Of a stretch of DNA of 64,000 bases, positions 39,631 to 52,218 are shown piece after piece. The translations under genes and the position numbers were made by a program. Position 1 is the first letter of the stretch. Each line of letters begins with the position of its first letter. The notes beneath the pieces are model-generated. The model was not told where the DNA came from. It ran no database searches and saw nothing but the letters and a program-made list of their open reading frames with translations. Origin of the DNA: Amphiscolops sp. MND2022 (lineage: Eukaryota); contig OZ076409.1 in NCBI GenBank assembly GCA_964187785.1, forward strand, positions 89,902,001 to 89,966,000. The letters run 5' to 3'.

Positions 39631-42600
39631 TTAATAATGATATATATTAATACAATGAAATAAAATAAAATAATAAAGGTTAAGAATACGTAAAACAAAA
39701 AAATTCATCTCGAAAATGGTTTTCAACGAACTAATCAACCAAGAGACCAAAAAGTGTTTCGACCGAGTTTTTTTGTCAACAATTTGAAATAAGTGACTTA
39801 ATGATATGTTCCTGTTTGGGAAATTGACAGACATGTACCGGTTGATAGTTTGCACAAACTTTCGTCGATTGCTCTTGGATCGGCTGTCATTTTTGGAATG
39901 GAAGCTGAGGACATGTAGTGCCTTGGCCAGAAACTCCCATTTGAGTAGCCTGCAGTTCCCAATGGTACTCTCTAGTAACACTTTCGTCAATAACGATAAG
40001 AAATGTGGGAAACATTTCTCAAGAGGTTCATCATTGTCCCGTTCCCTCTGGTAAACAGTCAAAGTCGTGTCTAAAAACATATATGCACAAGCATTAGTAA
40101 AACTGCCTTGAACACATGATGAAAATCCGATTTTTTTGAAAAATTAACTCAATCCGATTTTAATTTTAAAAATAAAGATTTTTTTGATTTTTTTTGCTTT
40201 TTACCTTTTATCTCTTCTAACAAACAACTGAGAAACAATATTATATGAAAACTGAATTTCATAATTACCTAGTTCACATATGGTGAGAAAATTGAATCCC
40301 ATGACCACGCTGTCCGCACAGGTTCTGACCATATGTATCATGCCTGCTGGCATGATTAATGACTCGCCGCCTGTTATCGTCATTTTAAACACTTGACTTT
40401 GGAGGTGGGTGTCACTTGGTAGGAAAACATTTTGTTTTGTTGCCTCAATGCACCAATTCTCCAGAATTTCTTGGTTTCGAACTGTTCCAGGAATCATGAA
40501 AAACTCTTTTCTACCGTGAAGAAGATAGTAAAAGACGCTGGTATTCGTGTAGTCAACATGCCAAGGTGTAAAGGAACCTTTTTGACTGAGAAGAATATAG
40601 CAATTTTGCTCCAGCTCAAAATTGAATAAATGAGACACTGAAAGTTCTTTAACTGCCTTTGGTACATCGAAATGCAAGTTCTTCGTGAGACTAGAAGAGA
40701 GTGTTAAACACAGGAGTTTTTGCAGCTGAAATAGACATGTGTTGTATATGAAAAAAGAATACATTTCGAAGACCTAATGTTTTGGTTTTAAAATATAAAA
40801 ACCCTAATATTTTTTTAATATTCGGGGTTCATTGGTGAAGTTAAAAAGACGAAGCCAAAAACGTACACTTACAGGTTTGTACATTCGGACAGATAATTGT
40901 ATATCTTCTCCGTAAAGGCAGTCTTCGAAGATGTTTCTCCGAGCTCCAAAGTCAATGTTGGGCAATTTTATGCCATCCATATGTCCTCGAACTAGAGAGT
41001 CTCTTTTCTGCTGCAGCTCCTCCTCTATTTCGCTGCTGGTAACATTGGTGCAGCAAACTCGCATCTCGGAAGCGGAAGATACTCTGATTACATCCAGCAG
41101 CTCATGATGCTCTGCTTCATCCACAAATGCAACCAGAGAAACTTCTTCATCTTCTGCTTGAACCTGTTCGTAGCTGTTGGAATCTGAAACAAAAATCGTC
41201 AAAATCATTATAAAGTTATTGAGAAGTTTGGTGGATGCTTTTCGAATATTTTTGATAAGTATCAGTTGAATCGTTTGGCAAGTAGTCAAACTGGTATGTC
41301 GAAAAATTGATATAAGTAAAACAATAGGATTTTATTGTACCTTGGGGAACGTGCCTGTCTACTTCTTCTTCACTTTCGTCTTCTTCACGGTTCTCTTCCT
41401 GGAAGGCTTCTTGATGGCTGTCGGAATCTGAAACAAAAATTGTCAATATCATGATACAAATATTGCAATGATTGGTGGATGTTTTCCGAATATTTTCGAT
41501 AAGTATCAGTGGAATCGTTTGGCAAGTAGTCAAATTGGTATGTAGAAATATTGATATAGGTAAAACAATAGGATTTTATTGTACCTTGGGGAACGTGCCT
41601 GTCTACTTCATCTTCACTTTCGTCTTCTTCACGGTTCTCTTCCTGGAAGGCTTCTTCATTGCTGTCGGAATCTGAAACAAAAATAGTCAATATCATGATA
41701 AAAATATTGCAATGATTGGTGGATGTTTTCCGAATATTTTTGATAAGTATCAGTGGAATCGTTTGGCAAGTAGTCAAATTGGTATGTAGAAATATTGATA
41801 TAGGTAAAGCAATAGGATTTTATTGTACCTTGGGGAACGTGCCTGTCTACTTCTTCTTCACTTTCGTCTTCTTCACGGTTCTCTTCCTGGAAGGCTTCTT
41901 GATTGCTGTCGGAATCTGAAACAAAAATTGTCAATATCATGATAAAAATATTGCAATGATTGGTTGATAATTTCCGAATATTTTCGATAAGTATCAGTGG
42001 AATCGTTTGGCAAGTAGTCAAACTGGTATGTCGAAAAATTGATATAAGTAAAACAATAGGATTTTATTGTACCTTGGGGAACGTGCCTGTCTACTTCTTC
42101 TTCACTTTCGTCTTCTTCACGGTTCTCTTCCTGGAAGGCTTCTTCATTGCTGTCGGAATCTGAAACAAAAAATGTCAAAATCATTATAAAGTTATTGAAA
42201 AGATTGGTGGATGTTTTCCGAATATTTTCGATAAGTATCAGTGGAATCGTTTGGCAAGTAGTCAAATTGGTATGTAGAAATATTGATATAGGTAAAACAA
42301 TAGGATTTTATTGTACCTTGGGGAACGTGCCTGTCTACTTCTTCTTCACTTTCGTCTTCTTCACGGTTCTCTTCCTGGAAGGCTTCTTCATTGCTGTCGG
42401 AATCTGAAACAAAAACTGTCAAAATCATTACAAAATTTTGAAAAGATTGGTGGATGTTTTCCGAATATTTTTGATAAGTATCAGTGGAATCGTTTGGCTT
42501 GGCAAGTAGTCAAATTGGTATGTAGAAATATTGATATTGGTAAAACAATAGGATTTTATTGTACCTTGGGGAACGTGCCTGTCTACTTCTTCTTCACTTT

Positions 42601-44596
42601 CGTCTTCTTCACGGTTCTCTTCCTGGAAGGCTTCTTCATTGCTGTCGGAATCTGAAACAAAAACTGTCAAAATCATTATAAAGTTTTTGAAAAGATTGGT
42701 GGATGTTTTCCGAATATTTTCGATAAGTATCAGTGGAATCGTTTGGCAAGTAGTCAAATTGGTATGTAGAAATATTGATATTGGTAAAACAATAGGATTT
42801 TATTGTACCTTGGGAAACGTGCCTGTCTACTTCTTATTCACTTTCGTCTTCTTCACGGTTCTCTTCCTGGAAGGCTTCTTCATTGCTGTCGGAATCTGAA
42901 ACAAAAATTGTCAAAATTATTATAAAGTTATTGAAAAGATTGGTGGATGTTTTCCGAATATTTTCGATAAGTATCAGTGGAATCGTTTGGCAAGTAGTCA
43001 AATTGGTATGTAGAAAAATTGATATAGGTAAAACAATAGGATTTTATTGTACCTTGGGGAACGTGCCTGTCTACTTCTTCTTCACTTTCGTCTTCTTCAC
43101 GGTTCTCTTCCTGGAAGGCTTCTTCATTGCTGTCGGAATCTGCAACAAAAACTGTCAAAATCATTATAAAGTTTTTGAAAAGATTGGTGGATGTTTTCCG
43201 AGTACTTTCGATAAGTATCAGTGGAATCGTTTGACAAGTAGTCAAATTGGTATGTAGAAATATTGATATTGGTAAAACAATAGGATTTTATTGTACCTTG
43301 GGGAACGTGCCTGTCTACTTCTTCTTCACTTTCGTCTTCTTCACGGTTCTCTTCCTGGAAGGCTTCTTCATTGCTGACGGAATCTGAAACAAAAATTGTC
43401 AATATCATGATAAAAATATTGCAATGATTGGTTGATGTTTTCCGAATATTTTCGATAAGTATCAGTGGAATCGTTTGGCAAGTAGTCAAATTGGTATGTA
43501 GAAATATTGATATAGGTAAAACAATAGGATTTTATTGTACCTTGGGGAACGTGCCTGTCTACTTCTTCTTCACTTTCGTCTTCTTCACGGTTCTCTTCCT
43601 GGAAGGCTTCTTCATTGCTGTCGGAATCTGAAACAAAAATTGTCAAAATCATTATAAAGTTATTGAAAAGATTGGTGGATGTTTTCCAAAAATTTTCGAT
43701 AAGTATCAGTGGAATCGTTTGGCAAGTATTCAAATTGGTATGTAGAAATATTGATATAGGTAAAACAATAGGATTTTATTGTACCTTGGGGAACGTGCCT
43801 GTCTACTTCTTCTTCACTTTCGTCTTCTTCACGGTTCTCTTCCCGGAAGGCTTCTTCATTGCTGTCAGAATCTGGTTCGATGTGAACTCGCCGGTACCGA
43901 CGTGACATCCTTCTCTGTTCTCTTCTTCTTTTCGAAGCTATCCTCGCTTGCCATCGTCGATGTTTGATCTTCTTCTTTGGCGACCCTTTGATCTTCATCA
44001 GGTCTTTGATGCAATGGGAATAGCCTTTCCCTTCCCGCCATCTTTTTTTCCGACCAGCTGTACTCTCCTGGTTCGTTGCCTTTGGGCTTTATTTGAAGAA
44101 CAGCGGATTCTCCTTTAAGATAAAACGATTTGTATTTTTGCTTCAGGCCATCGTAAGCAGAACTTTCCTTGCACAATTCCTCGATGTTTTCTGGTGTTGG
44201 TTCCAACAAATTTCCTGGATACCATTCCTCCCTTTGTAACTCAAACACTTTCAGGGTGCAAGTTCTTCAGAGGGAGTGTTGAGCGGTTCTATGATAGCTA
44301 AAGAACAGTCCTCCGTCTTTCTCGCCACATCCACAAAAACGACAAATAAAATTTGCCCGGCTGTAAATTTTTTGTGCAATACAGGTGAACTCCAGCTGGT
44401 GTTCTTCAACAGGTCTTTTCCTTGGTGCCCAGTCTTTGTACATGTGCCTCTGGCACGCAACTTTTTCGCTGAATTTTCTCCGGCATTCTGAAACACATTT
44501 TTCGTTTAGTATTGGTGATAAACATGTTTGAAATAAATTCGACATTTTAAATTATCTTTCAGATATCCCAACAGATCATCAAGATGATAACGCCAT
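39631..44596 (-). pseudogene. Multi-exon KDM2/KDM7-like JmjC histone demethylase with C2H2-like fingers and acidic repeat exons
   Basis: JmjC exon 40269-40725: YILLSQKGSFTPWHVDYTNTSVFYYLLHGRKEF..MPAGMIHMVRT..MGFNFL (HxD..H present). Following exon from 40070 (YQRER..CFPHF); exon 40873-41183; 87-bp repeat exons. Lesions: stops at 44267 and 42834, frameshift near 43880. Confidence 0.8.
41184..43871 (-). repeat. Eleven tandem 244-bp units (87-bp exon + 157-bp intron)
   Basis: CTTGGG(G/A)AACGTGCC at 41341, 41585, 41829, 42073, 42317, 42565, 42809, 43053, 43297, 43541 and 43785. The minus strand reads CAG|ATTCCGAC...CCAAG|GTAC. Confidence 0.92.
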
Positions 44597-45098
44597 TTAA
44601 GACTCGGAAACGCATGGGCAATTTGAAACTCAGAAATACATGGCTTTTTCATGTATTCAAACTCGGAAACGGATGGGCGAAAGTTGAATTCATTTTATGC
44701 CAAGTAGCTTAAGTTATTTCATACTTCGGTTTTTATCCCCTATTTTGAAACGATAATTGAAGGTTCGCACGTCATCAAGTAATTATCACCACAGTTGATT
44801 TGAAAAGCGTCCTTAAATGAGCTCATCTTAATCCAAATCTAAAAAGCACATCCGCAAAACTATTACCAACGGTATGTACTCCATCTTTCAATAATTAAAT
44901 ATTTCATTATCAGAAATGAACAATTATCATATATGTACTATTTAATACGAAGATCACCATTTTTCTTTAACTATAAAATACCAAAGTTGATTGACGAAGC
45001 GTCTTTGAATTAGTTCGAATTTTGACCGATCGAGGAAAGGATTGAGCACTCACCATTCAATCCAAACAGTAGCTAGAAAATAATCTCATTACATAACG

Positions 45099-47598
45099 AT
45101 GAACCCTCCTCAACACGAGAAAGCTCTCTCTTACACTGTCTTGGGGACTAGCCCGGCTGTGACAAATTATGTTGCTCCAAACGAAACGTTTGAAAGTTTT
45201 TCGACTCCATTTAAACCGAATGAAAGCAACTTTGCATACTACATGAGTACTCCCTTGAATCAATCTAGTTCGACACAACAGTTGTATGGATCACCCAGTG
45301 TGTCGTCTAAAAGCTGACCAAGTTTCACCCAAGGTGAACAAAGGATATTTTCACAAATATCTAACATAGAGGATGTGAATTATAAAGATAGCCCTTCAGA
45401 CGTCTCGATAATGGTACAAGCTCAACTTGCTGCAAATCAAATGACTCCTCTGTTAATCAACACTGCAAATCAACTGAGCCACACTCCGAATGACAGTACG
45501 ACAAATCAACTGAGCCACACACCGAGTGACAGTACGACGAATCAACGGAGCCACACTCCGAGTGACAGTACGACGAATCAACTGAGCCACACTCCGAGTG
45601 ACAGTACGACGAATCAACTGAGCCACACTCCGAGTGACAGTACGACGAATCAACTGAGCCACACTCCGAGTGACAGTACGACGAATCAACTGAGCCACAC
45701 TCCGAGTGACAGTACGGCGAATCAACTGAGCCACACTCCGAGTGACAGTACGACGAATCAACTGAGCCAAACTCCGAGTGATATCATGGCAAGTCAGCTA
45801 AGCCGTTCTTGCAGCGACACCTTGGCAACCATGGAAAGATGCCAACAGGAGATAGCGAACAAGCGGAAACTTAATCATTATGGTGAGGAAAACCATGGCC
45901 CAAAAAGTAAACGATGTGTTCTCAAAAATTATGAGAAAAATTTGCAAGAAATTACCCCAGTGCACCTAACATTATGCACAACTGTTGAAACGCGACTCTT
46001 GTCAGACCTTTATGACATAATGAAGCAATTCAAATTCGCAAACTCTCTAACCAGCATTGACAAAACCAATTTGTTTGGGGACCTCATTGCTTATTTGCTG
46101 GAATTTTCTATTCCAAAGTGTAGAGATCGCAAAATTTTGAGCATCACAACTCGTGCCGTTTTGCAAATGGTCCCTCAAATTCAGCACAATAGAAGTTCTA
46201 ACTCAAGTGACTTGTTAGTCTTGCAAATTGAAGATGAAGCTGGGTACTTGGACAGCTTCAGAATTCCTCACATTGTTGGAGAAGCAATGTTAATATATTT
46301 TGAAGCTGTACGACCGTACTTTATAAAACCTGAAGGCATCGACCAGAAAAAAAAGTTCATGCAGTCACCCAGTCAAGGGATACCACCATATTACGTCATG
46401 ACGGAGCCATTCTTCGTCAACAGCTGGGGAAAAACACAATTCAATGTGCGGAACGTAAGAAATCGGATTGAACAGGTAACTAATCAAATACTGTTTGATA
46501 AGAATTACTTGACTCAGTTTGATTTGTATTAGCCGATAGTAACCATTAGCCATAATCATAAGTTGAAATACTAGAAACATCTTCCTTTTGCAGTTTTCTC
46601 TTATTTCATTAACTATCTGCGTGTTCTAGTTTTCCGACTTGACAAGAAACCCAACCGAACGTGAAATGGACAGATTGGAAAGAACTGTCAAACTGATGAC
46701 ACTTTCAAAATGTTCAGCAGAAGAGGAATTTTGGTCTGAATCTTACCTGATGATGGAAGTCAAAAAACATTTGAGGCCCAGCGGACATTACGATGACAGA
46801 ACGGTCATGAAAGTAGTCGAAAAAAGAATTCAAGCACTTAGGCATCAAAGAGCAGATATTAGGGCGGCCGAATACAAGAGCCACTACCCTGCATCACTAG
46901 CTGACCCTGCGAAAGAAAGAGAGAGAATAATCAATTTTGCAAACTTGGTCAACTGGCCCCACTTCACAGATGTTAAGAGAGTCGTGGATGCTTCATCTAG
47001 AATGTCTGGGGTATCAAGATCTCGACAAAGTTCGCGCAAGAAAGCATTCAATCCAAATCTAGAATGGAGACTTTGCAATACCCCTTACTTCCAAGATGAC
47101 TTGAAAGATAGATGCGAAAACCAATTCTGGCCAGGCGTCTGCGATGTTGTCTATCCTACAACGGGTCGAGGAATAATCGCGACCAAACCATTCAACAAGG
47201 ATGACGTTATTTTTGACTACCACGGACATGTAGAAGAAAACACGAACAACGTCGACTACTACTGCAGTCTGGACCCAGAGAACCGCAAGCCAGAATACTG
47301 CATCCAGGTTAAAACAAGGCCGGGAAGAATTATTGATGCAACCTCAGAAATATGCCCCATCCACAACGATGGCAGAAGGTGCCTTGCTCGATTGTGCAAT
47401 TACTCAAGTACCTTTGATGGTGGAAAGACCAACCCAGCTTGCAACATGAAACTGGTCGAATTGAAATGTACATATTTGAAAAATAATCCGCGTTACGTGC
47501 TACTTATTGCAAAGCGGAAAATTGAACCACTAGAGCAGCTGATGTTTGATTACATGGATCCCGAAGCCAATAGAATTTTCGGCGGTAATGCCGAATAA
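45099..47598 (+). pseudogene. SET-domain (PR-Set7/SETD8-like) protein with 12-aa repeats and a tyrosine-recombinase-like segment
   Basis: SET motifs GRGIIATKPFNKDDVIFDYHG, IIDAT, LARLCNYS and LIAKRKIEPLEQLMFDY. Phase-0 intron 46476-46629. One in-frame TGA at 45315. Confidence 0.8.
45468..45782 (+). repeat. 36-bp coding minisatellite, about 9 copies (NQLSHTPSDSTT)
   Basis: AATCAAC(T/G)GAGCCACACTCCGAGTGACAGTACGACG repeated in frame. Confidence 0.95.
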
Positions 47599-47673
47599 AA
47601 CCATTGATGAACTCGAACTTTGTTTTTGAATAATTTTTGGTTGGAATATTAGTTATTGTCTTCTAGTCAAATA

Positions 47674-47893
47674 CAGTGGTGATATTTTTAAAAGCAACAA
47701 AGCAGGTGGAAAGAAAAACTTCAAAGTCATCCTGAATTATGTATTCTCGAAAAAATCTTCAAACAAACATATTTGTAAACTAGAGAAAAATCTAGGAAAC
47801 GTTTAATTTTAACAGTTTTTATAAACCGCTGCCGTTTTAGAGATATTCGATTTTGAGATTTGCCTTTTGATGCTTTTAATAATATCACTACTG
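47674..47893. mobile_element. Tc1/mariner-type MITE
   Basis: TA|CAGTGGTGATATT...AATATCACTACTG|TA. Confidence 0.65.
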
Positions 47894-48530
47894 TATATTA
47901 TCTTCGGGTTTTGTTTTCTTTGTCAATTTTCAATTCAAAAAATGCCATTGGATATTCCAAAAAGCGGATATCGATTAACACTCTCAAGTAATCATATAAA
48001 AGAACTAACTGGGGCAGACGGTCGGATCGTTGAGGAGGCTGATTTGATCCCTATTAGTCAAAATGTGTTCCTGGATAGTGCTTTGTTCATCATTGGTCTC
48101 AACTTCCTCGTCTCCTGCAGCAACGTAGTCAAATGTGAAACATTCGGATTTAGTTTTCCTATTATTCATGTATTCAAATAGTGGTTGATGAACTGCGGGC
48201 ATTAGTCAAAACACAGACACATTTAAGATTTCAAAAAGTTCATGGTAAAATAAAACTAACTCTGACAGACGGTTGGCTCATCTCTATCAGTCGAAAAGCC
48301 GCAGTGTTCTTGGAGAACTGCTTCGTTACTGGCACTTGTATAACTGGCTTCTCTATGAAGGCTTGGCCTAAACTTGGGCTGAGACGAACAACAAAATTGC
48401 ATCAAAGTGGGGTAACCGACAAGGCCTTACAAAACTCGGGAATCCATGGGCACGTTTTGATATCCGTAACCGAATTTCTGGCAACCAAATGGGCAAAACT
48501 TCTGAGATTAGAATAACAGTGTACCACCAT

Positions 48531-48960
48531 GGAGGCTATTCATTGAGTCGAAATTAAACAAAAGTATTCAGAGCGTCGAAATTAAAGTTAGCTATTGATC
48601 GCGTCGAAATAATCCATATTAGCGATTTTTTTCAGATTATTATTTGAAGAGGTTACCATATTTGTTGTATGGCTCGGTTGCTTCGCTCCCTTCGCCAAGT
48701 AGCAACATTGAGGCATGGCCACATGGCACGTCGCTCCGCTTCGCTTCGCTCCTGCATTTAGGGCACTAGGAGTATGTGAACATAGCTGACTACGTTATCG
48801 TAATTAGTTCGATGCTGTGTAGCACACAAATTCAACAATTTTAATTCTTTCCTATTTCAATTTTCAACCAATCAGAAGCGTTCAATAATTATTTTTCGGC
48901 GCGATGAATACTTTTGTTTCATTTCGACGCTTTGAATATTCGACGCTTTGGGAATCCGCC
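48531..48960. mobile_element. Mutator-like MITE, 430 bp
   Basis: 9-bp TSD TACCACCAT at 48522-48530 and 48961-48969. Imperfect TIRs start GG(A/C)GG and carry repeated GTCGAAAT motifs. Confidence 0.75.
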
Positions 48961-50839
48961 TACCACCATCTATATAAGCATTATTCGGATATTCTCATAA
49001 TTTGTTGAAAAATTGTCTGAAATAACACAAAAATGAAATTAGTTTCATATAAGATTGAATCAATTGTGAATGCTTTTGACCACTAAAACTTTCTCGTAAG
49101 CAATACAATTTGTATGTTTAGTGAAACTCATTTCAATTTTGTGTTTTGAAAGTAATTTTTTTTGTTGTTTGTTCCTTATGTTATTTAGGAAATCACCAAC
49201 GTTTATCAAGAAAAATATTGAAAGCAATTATTAAAACCAAAGTATTAAAAAGCCAACCCTGAAAGGTAATAAATCAACTGATTAACTCTAACCTGTTTCA
49301 AATGGTCCGGTAAGTCGTCTAGTTCAATGTCCAGCTTACGGATCCGTAAAAGTAACGTTTTTAACATTGCAGAAAAATGAAAACGAATGACTAACTTTTA
49401 CACGCACAGTATCAAAATGACCTCGTCGGAATATGCGACGAAAGAATTTCGTCCAATCAGATGCGAGTATTCGGTTTCGTACATCAAGATTACATGTAGT
49501 TTCATCAACAGAAAAACAAATAAACTTTTGCTCCCGTATTACAACAATCTTACTGATTCACTTGTGCACTTAAATCACTGAAATGGAAGTGAAAGTACTT
49601 TGAACTTTTAGTAACACTCCACTTCTTTGAGCGTTGACTTTAACAACTGATAAGAACGTTCACACTTTGACAAAATGGTGAATATCAGAATAATCATTAG
49701 ATTAATTGTCAATAAATAAATCAATCACGATTCACAGGATACCAACTCAATTAATAAATATCAAAAAATCAATTGTTTTGTTATGATTGAAAAAACTCAA
49801 ACTCATATTATATATCAACTATACTGTTCTTTTGCCCCAAAACAAAGAATCCTGATTTTTGATAATTAGATTAATTGTCAATAAATAAATCAATGACGAT
49901 TCACAGGATACCAATTAAATTAATAAATATCAAAAAACCATATATATCAATCAAGGTGAATAGTTGAAGAAAGTTGTTTCTGTAATAAGTGTAAAACTAT
50001 CAAACAATTTTTTTGTTATGATTGAAAAAACCTAAACTCGTATTATATATCAACAATACTGTTGTTTTGCCCCAAAACAAAAACGATTCACAGAATACTG
50101 ATTTAATAAATTCCAAAAAAAATAAAATACATCAAAATTACATACTAACAAATCATAATATACCTACACATCATATTACATCAAAATATTTGTAATTGTC
50201 ATAATTGCCCGATCATATTTGCCATTATATACAAAAAAGAATAGTTAAGTAATAAACAGTATTAAAATAGAGTAAACTAAAATTTATCACGATACTAATC
50301 TTGCAGTGATTTGCCGGAACGAAAAAGTTATTAAGGTTATATTCCTGCAGATATCGGCTTCGGAACGAAGATTTCCGTCATTGCTAATTTCAATTGTCCG
50401 CCTAAATTACTGGGAAAATAATAGTTGAGCTGATATTTCTTAGGCAAAAAAATATTCCTGAATTAATTTGATAAACCAAAAACTGAACACTGAAAACTGC
50501 ATGTGTAGATAAATATTGAGACACTTCCATGTCAAAGCAATGTATTGAATTGGCCGAAGCGAGTGGCAGATCTATCTAAATATTGAGTTTCTTTGCGAAA
50601 GCGATGGAACTACTTGCCCGATTTACACTCATCAACGAGTATGCATGGGCAGTTAAAGCCATCGCTCCTGCAAAGAAACTCAATACGTAGCTTGTGCTGC
50701 CTCGGAAATCAATAGGCAGCAGTTTTGGCTGCGAAACGAACAGGCATTTTTGGCCCATACATTCATGCATGTCCATTGCTTTCCGAGCCGCACAACGAGT
50801 AAAATCTGCATTTTCGTTGCCGGTTACCCCACTGTAATG

Positions 50840-51031
50840 GATGTAGCTTATTCTTATGTATATTATTGTGACCAAAATAAATTAAAAGACCATGAATCTA
50901 AAATAGATAATTTTATAGAAAGGATGCAACAACCAATAATTTCACACCAACTTGAAGAGGAATTTAAGAATATAATAATTGAACAAGCAATCAGATACAG
51001 CAAAGCTGGCTTCGCAAATACTAAAAGCTAA
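50840..51031 (+). pseudogene. 3' remainder of viral ATPase 1 ORF
   Basis: DVAYSYVYYCDQNK... continues ..TPF across the transposon insertion. Confidence 0.7.
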
Positions 51032-51529
51032 AGTTTTTAAATAAATTATTTAAATAATTGGGTTTGATTTCTTAGTGATTTTTACATTCACTAAGAGCAT
51101 ATATTTGAGCGCTAAGCATATAGGTTACACTTAAAAATATATGCTGCTAGTGAATTTGCTTAGTGATTTAGTGATTTTTTTACTAAATAAATGAAGTTCC
51201 TTATTTGTGTTAAAAATAGTGAAAAATCGGTATGTGGAGCCAGCAAAGCTGTGTGCGATGATTGTAGTATTTAAAAAAGATGTAAAGAGTGTAATATATT
51301 GAAAACAGATTTTTACAAGTATAAAAATAATAAAATAAATAGTACATGTATAGAATGTTTCAGTAAAAAAGTTAAATCTGAACTTTGTAACAAGAAATTC
51401 ACTAAAAAATATTAATCAAATTATATCGAGAGATGCTTTATCAAGAGATGCCTTATTAAAAAGGTTCATTTAAATGATAATAATAATGAAATTGATAATA
51501 ATCATGAAATTGATACAGCTACGCTGGCT

Positions 51530-52218
51530 TTGCATAATAATCATAAAAGTGATACAGCTACGCTGGCTTTGCATACCGAAGGCACTTTGTGTAATAATAT
51601 GTTCAATCGAACATTAATAGTTGGTCCTTCACTTTGTGGTAAGACTCATTTATTAATAAACAATTTACAATTATTTCACTTGGATAATCCCGAAAAACAA
51701 ATAAAAATAATAACTAGATCTCCGGAACAGTACTCAAACTTTGAACTAGGAGATACCGGTTTGCAAGCGGAGCTCCTTCGATGTGTTACAGTGAAAGAAC
51801 ATCTAAAAGATAGAGCAAAACAAATTTTTCAAAATTGTTTTGTTGTGTTTGATGTTATGTTGGATAGTAATCAAAAACTAATAGATCCCTTTTTTACTAG
51901 AGGAAGACATAATGATTTAGATGCTTATTATTTATCACAGTCATATTTGGATTTGCCTAAACGCACCATACGTAATAATAGTAATATAATAATTTTATTT
52001 CAACAAACATTGAAAGATGTAGAACATATTTATTAAGACATTGCTGGTTTTGATATGTCTTATGATGAATTCAAAAGTTTATGGAGAGGGGCATGGAAAG
52101 AAAAATACAATTATTTATTAATAAATAGATTAGAAGATAAAAATGGTAAAAAGTATAGTATTTGTAGTGAATCTAATCCGCAATACGAGATCTTCAATCT
52201 ACAAACGGATCCTTTTTA
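51530..52218 (+). pseudogene. A32-like packaging ATPase 2
   Basis: IVGPSLCGKT, VVFDVMLD and FTRGRH..YYLSQSY..TIRNNSNIIILF. Premature stop at 52034. Confidence 0.8.

Larger units (their letters stand above)
31993..50839. mobile_element. 18.85-kb cut-and-paste DNA transposon (CMC/Transib-RAG1-related) carrying chromatin-modifier genes
   Basis: 23-bp TIRs CATTACAGTGGGGTAA(G/C)CGGCAA at 31993-32015 and 50817-50839 (one mismatch). GA is duplicated at 31991-31992 and 50840-50841. The empty site rejoins the interrupted viral ORF. Confidence 0.9.

Noticed and set aside
41184..43871. CRISPR-like array
   Set aside because: The units are near-identical along their whole length with no unique spacers, the context is eukaryotic, and there are no cas genes.
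47942..48400. Additional cargo gene
   Set aside because: Broken ORFs with no recognisable motif; may be a remnant but cannot be supported.
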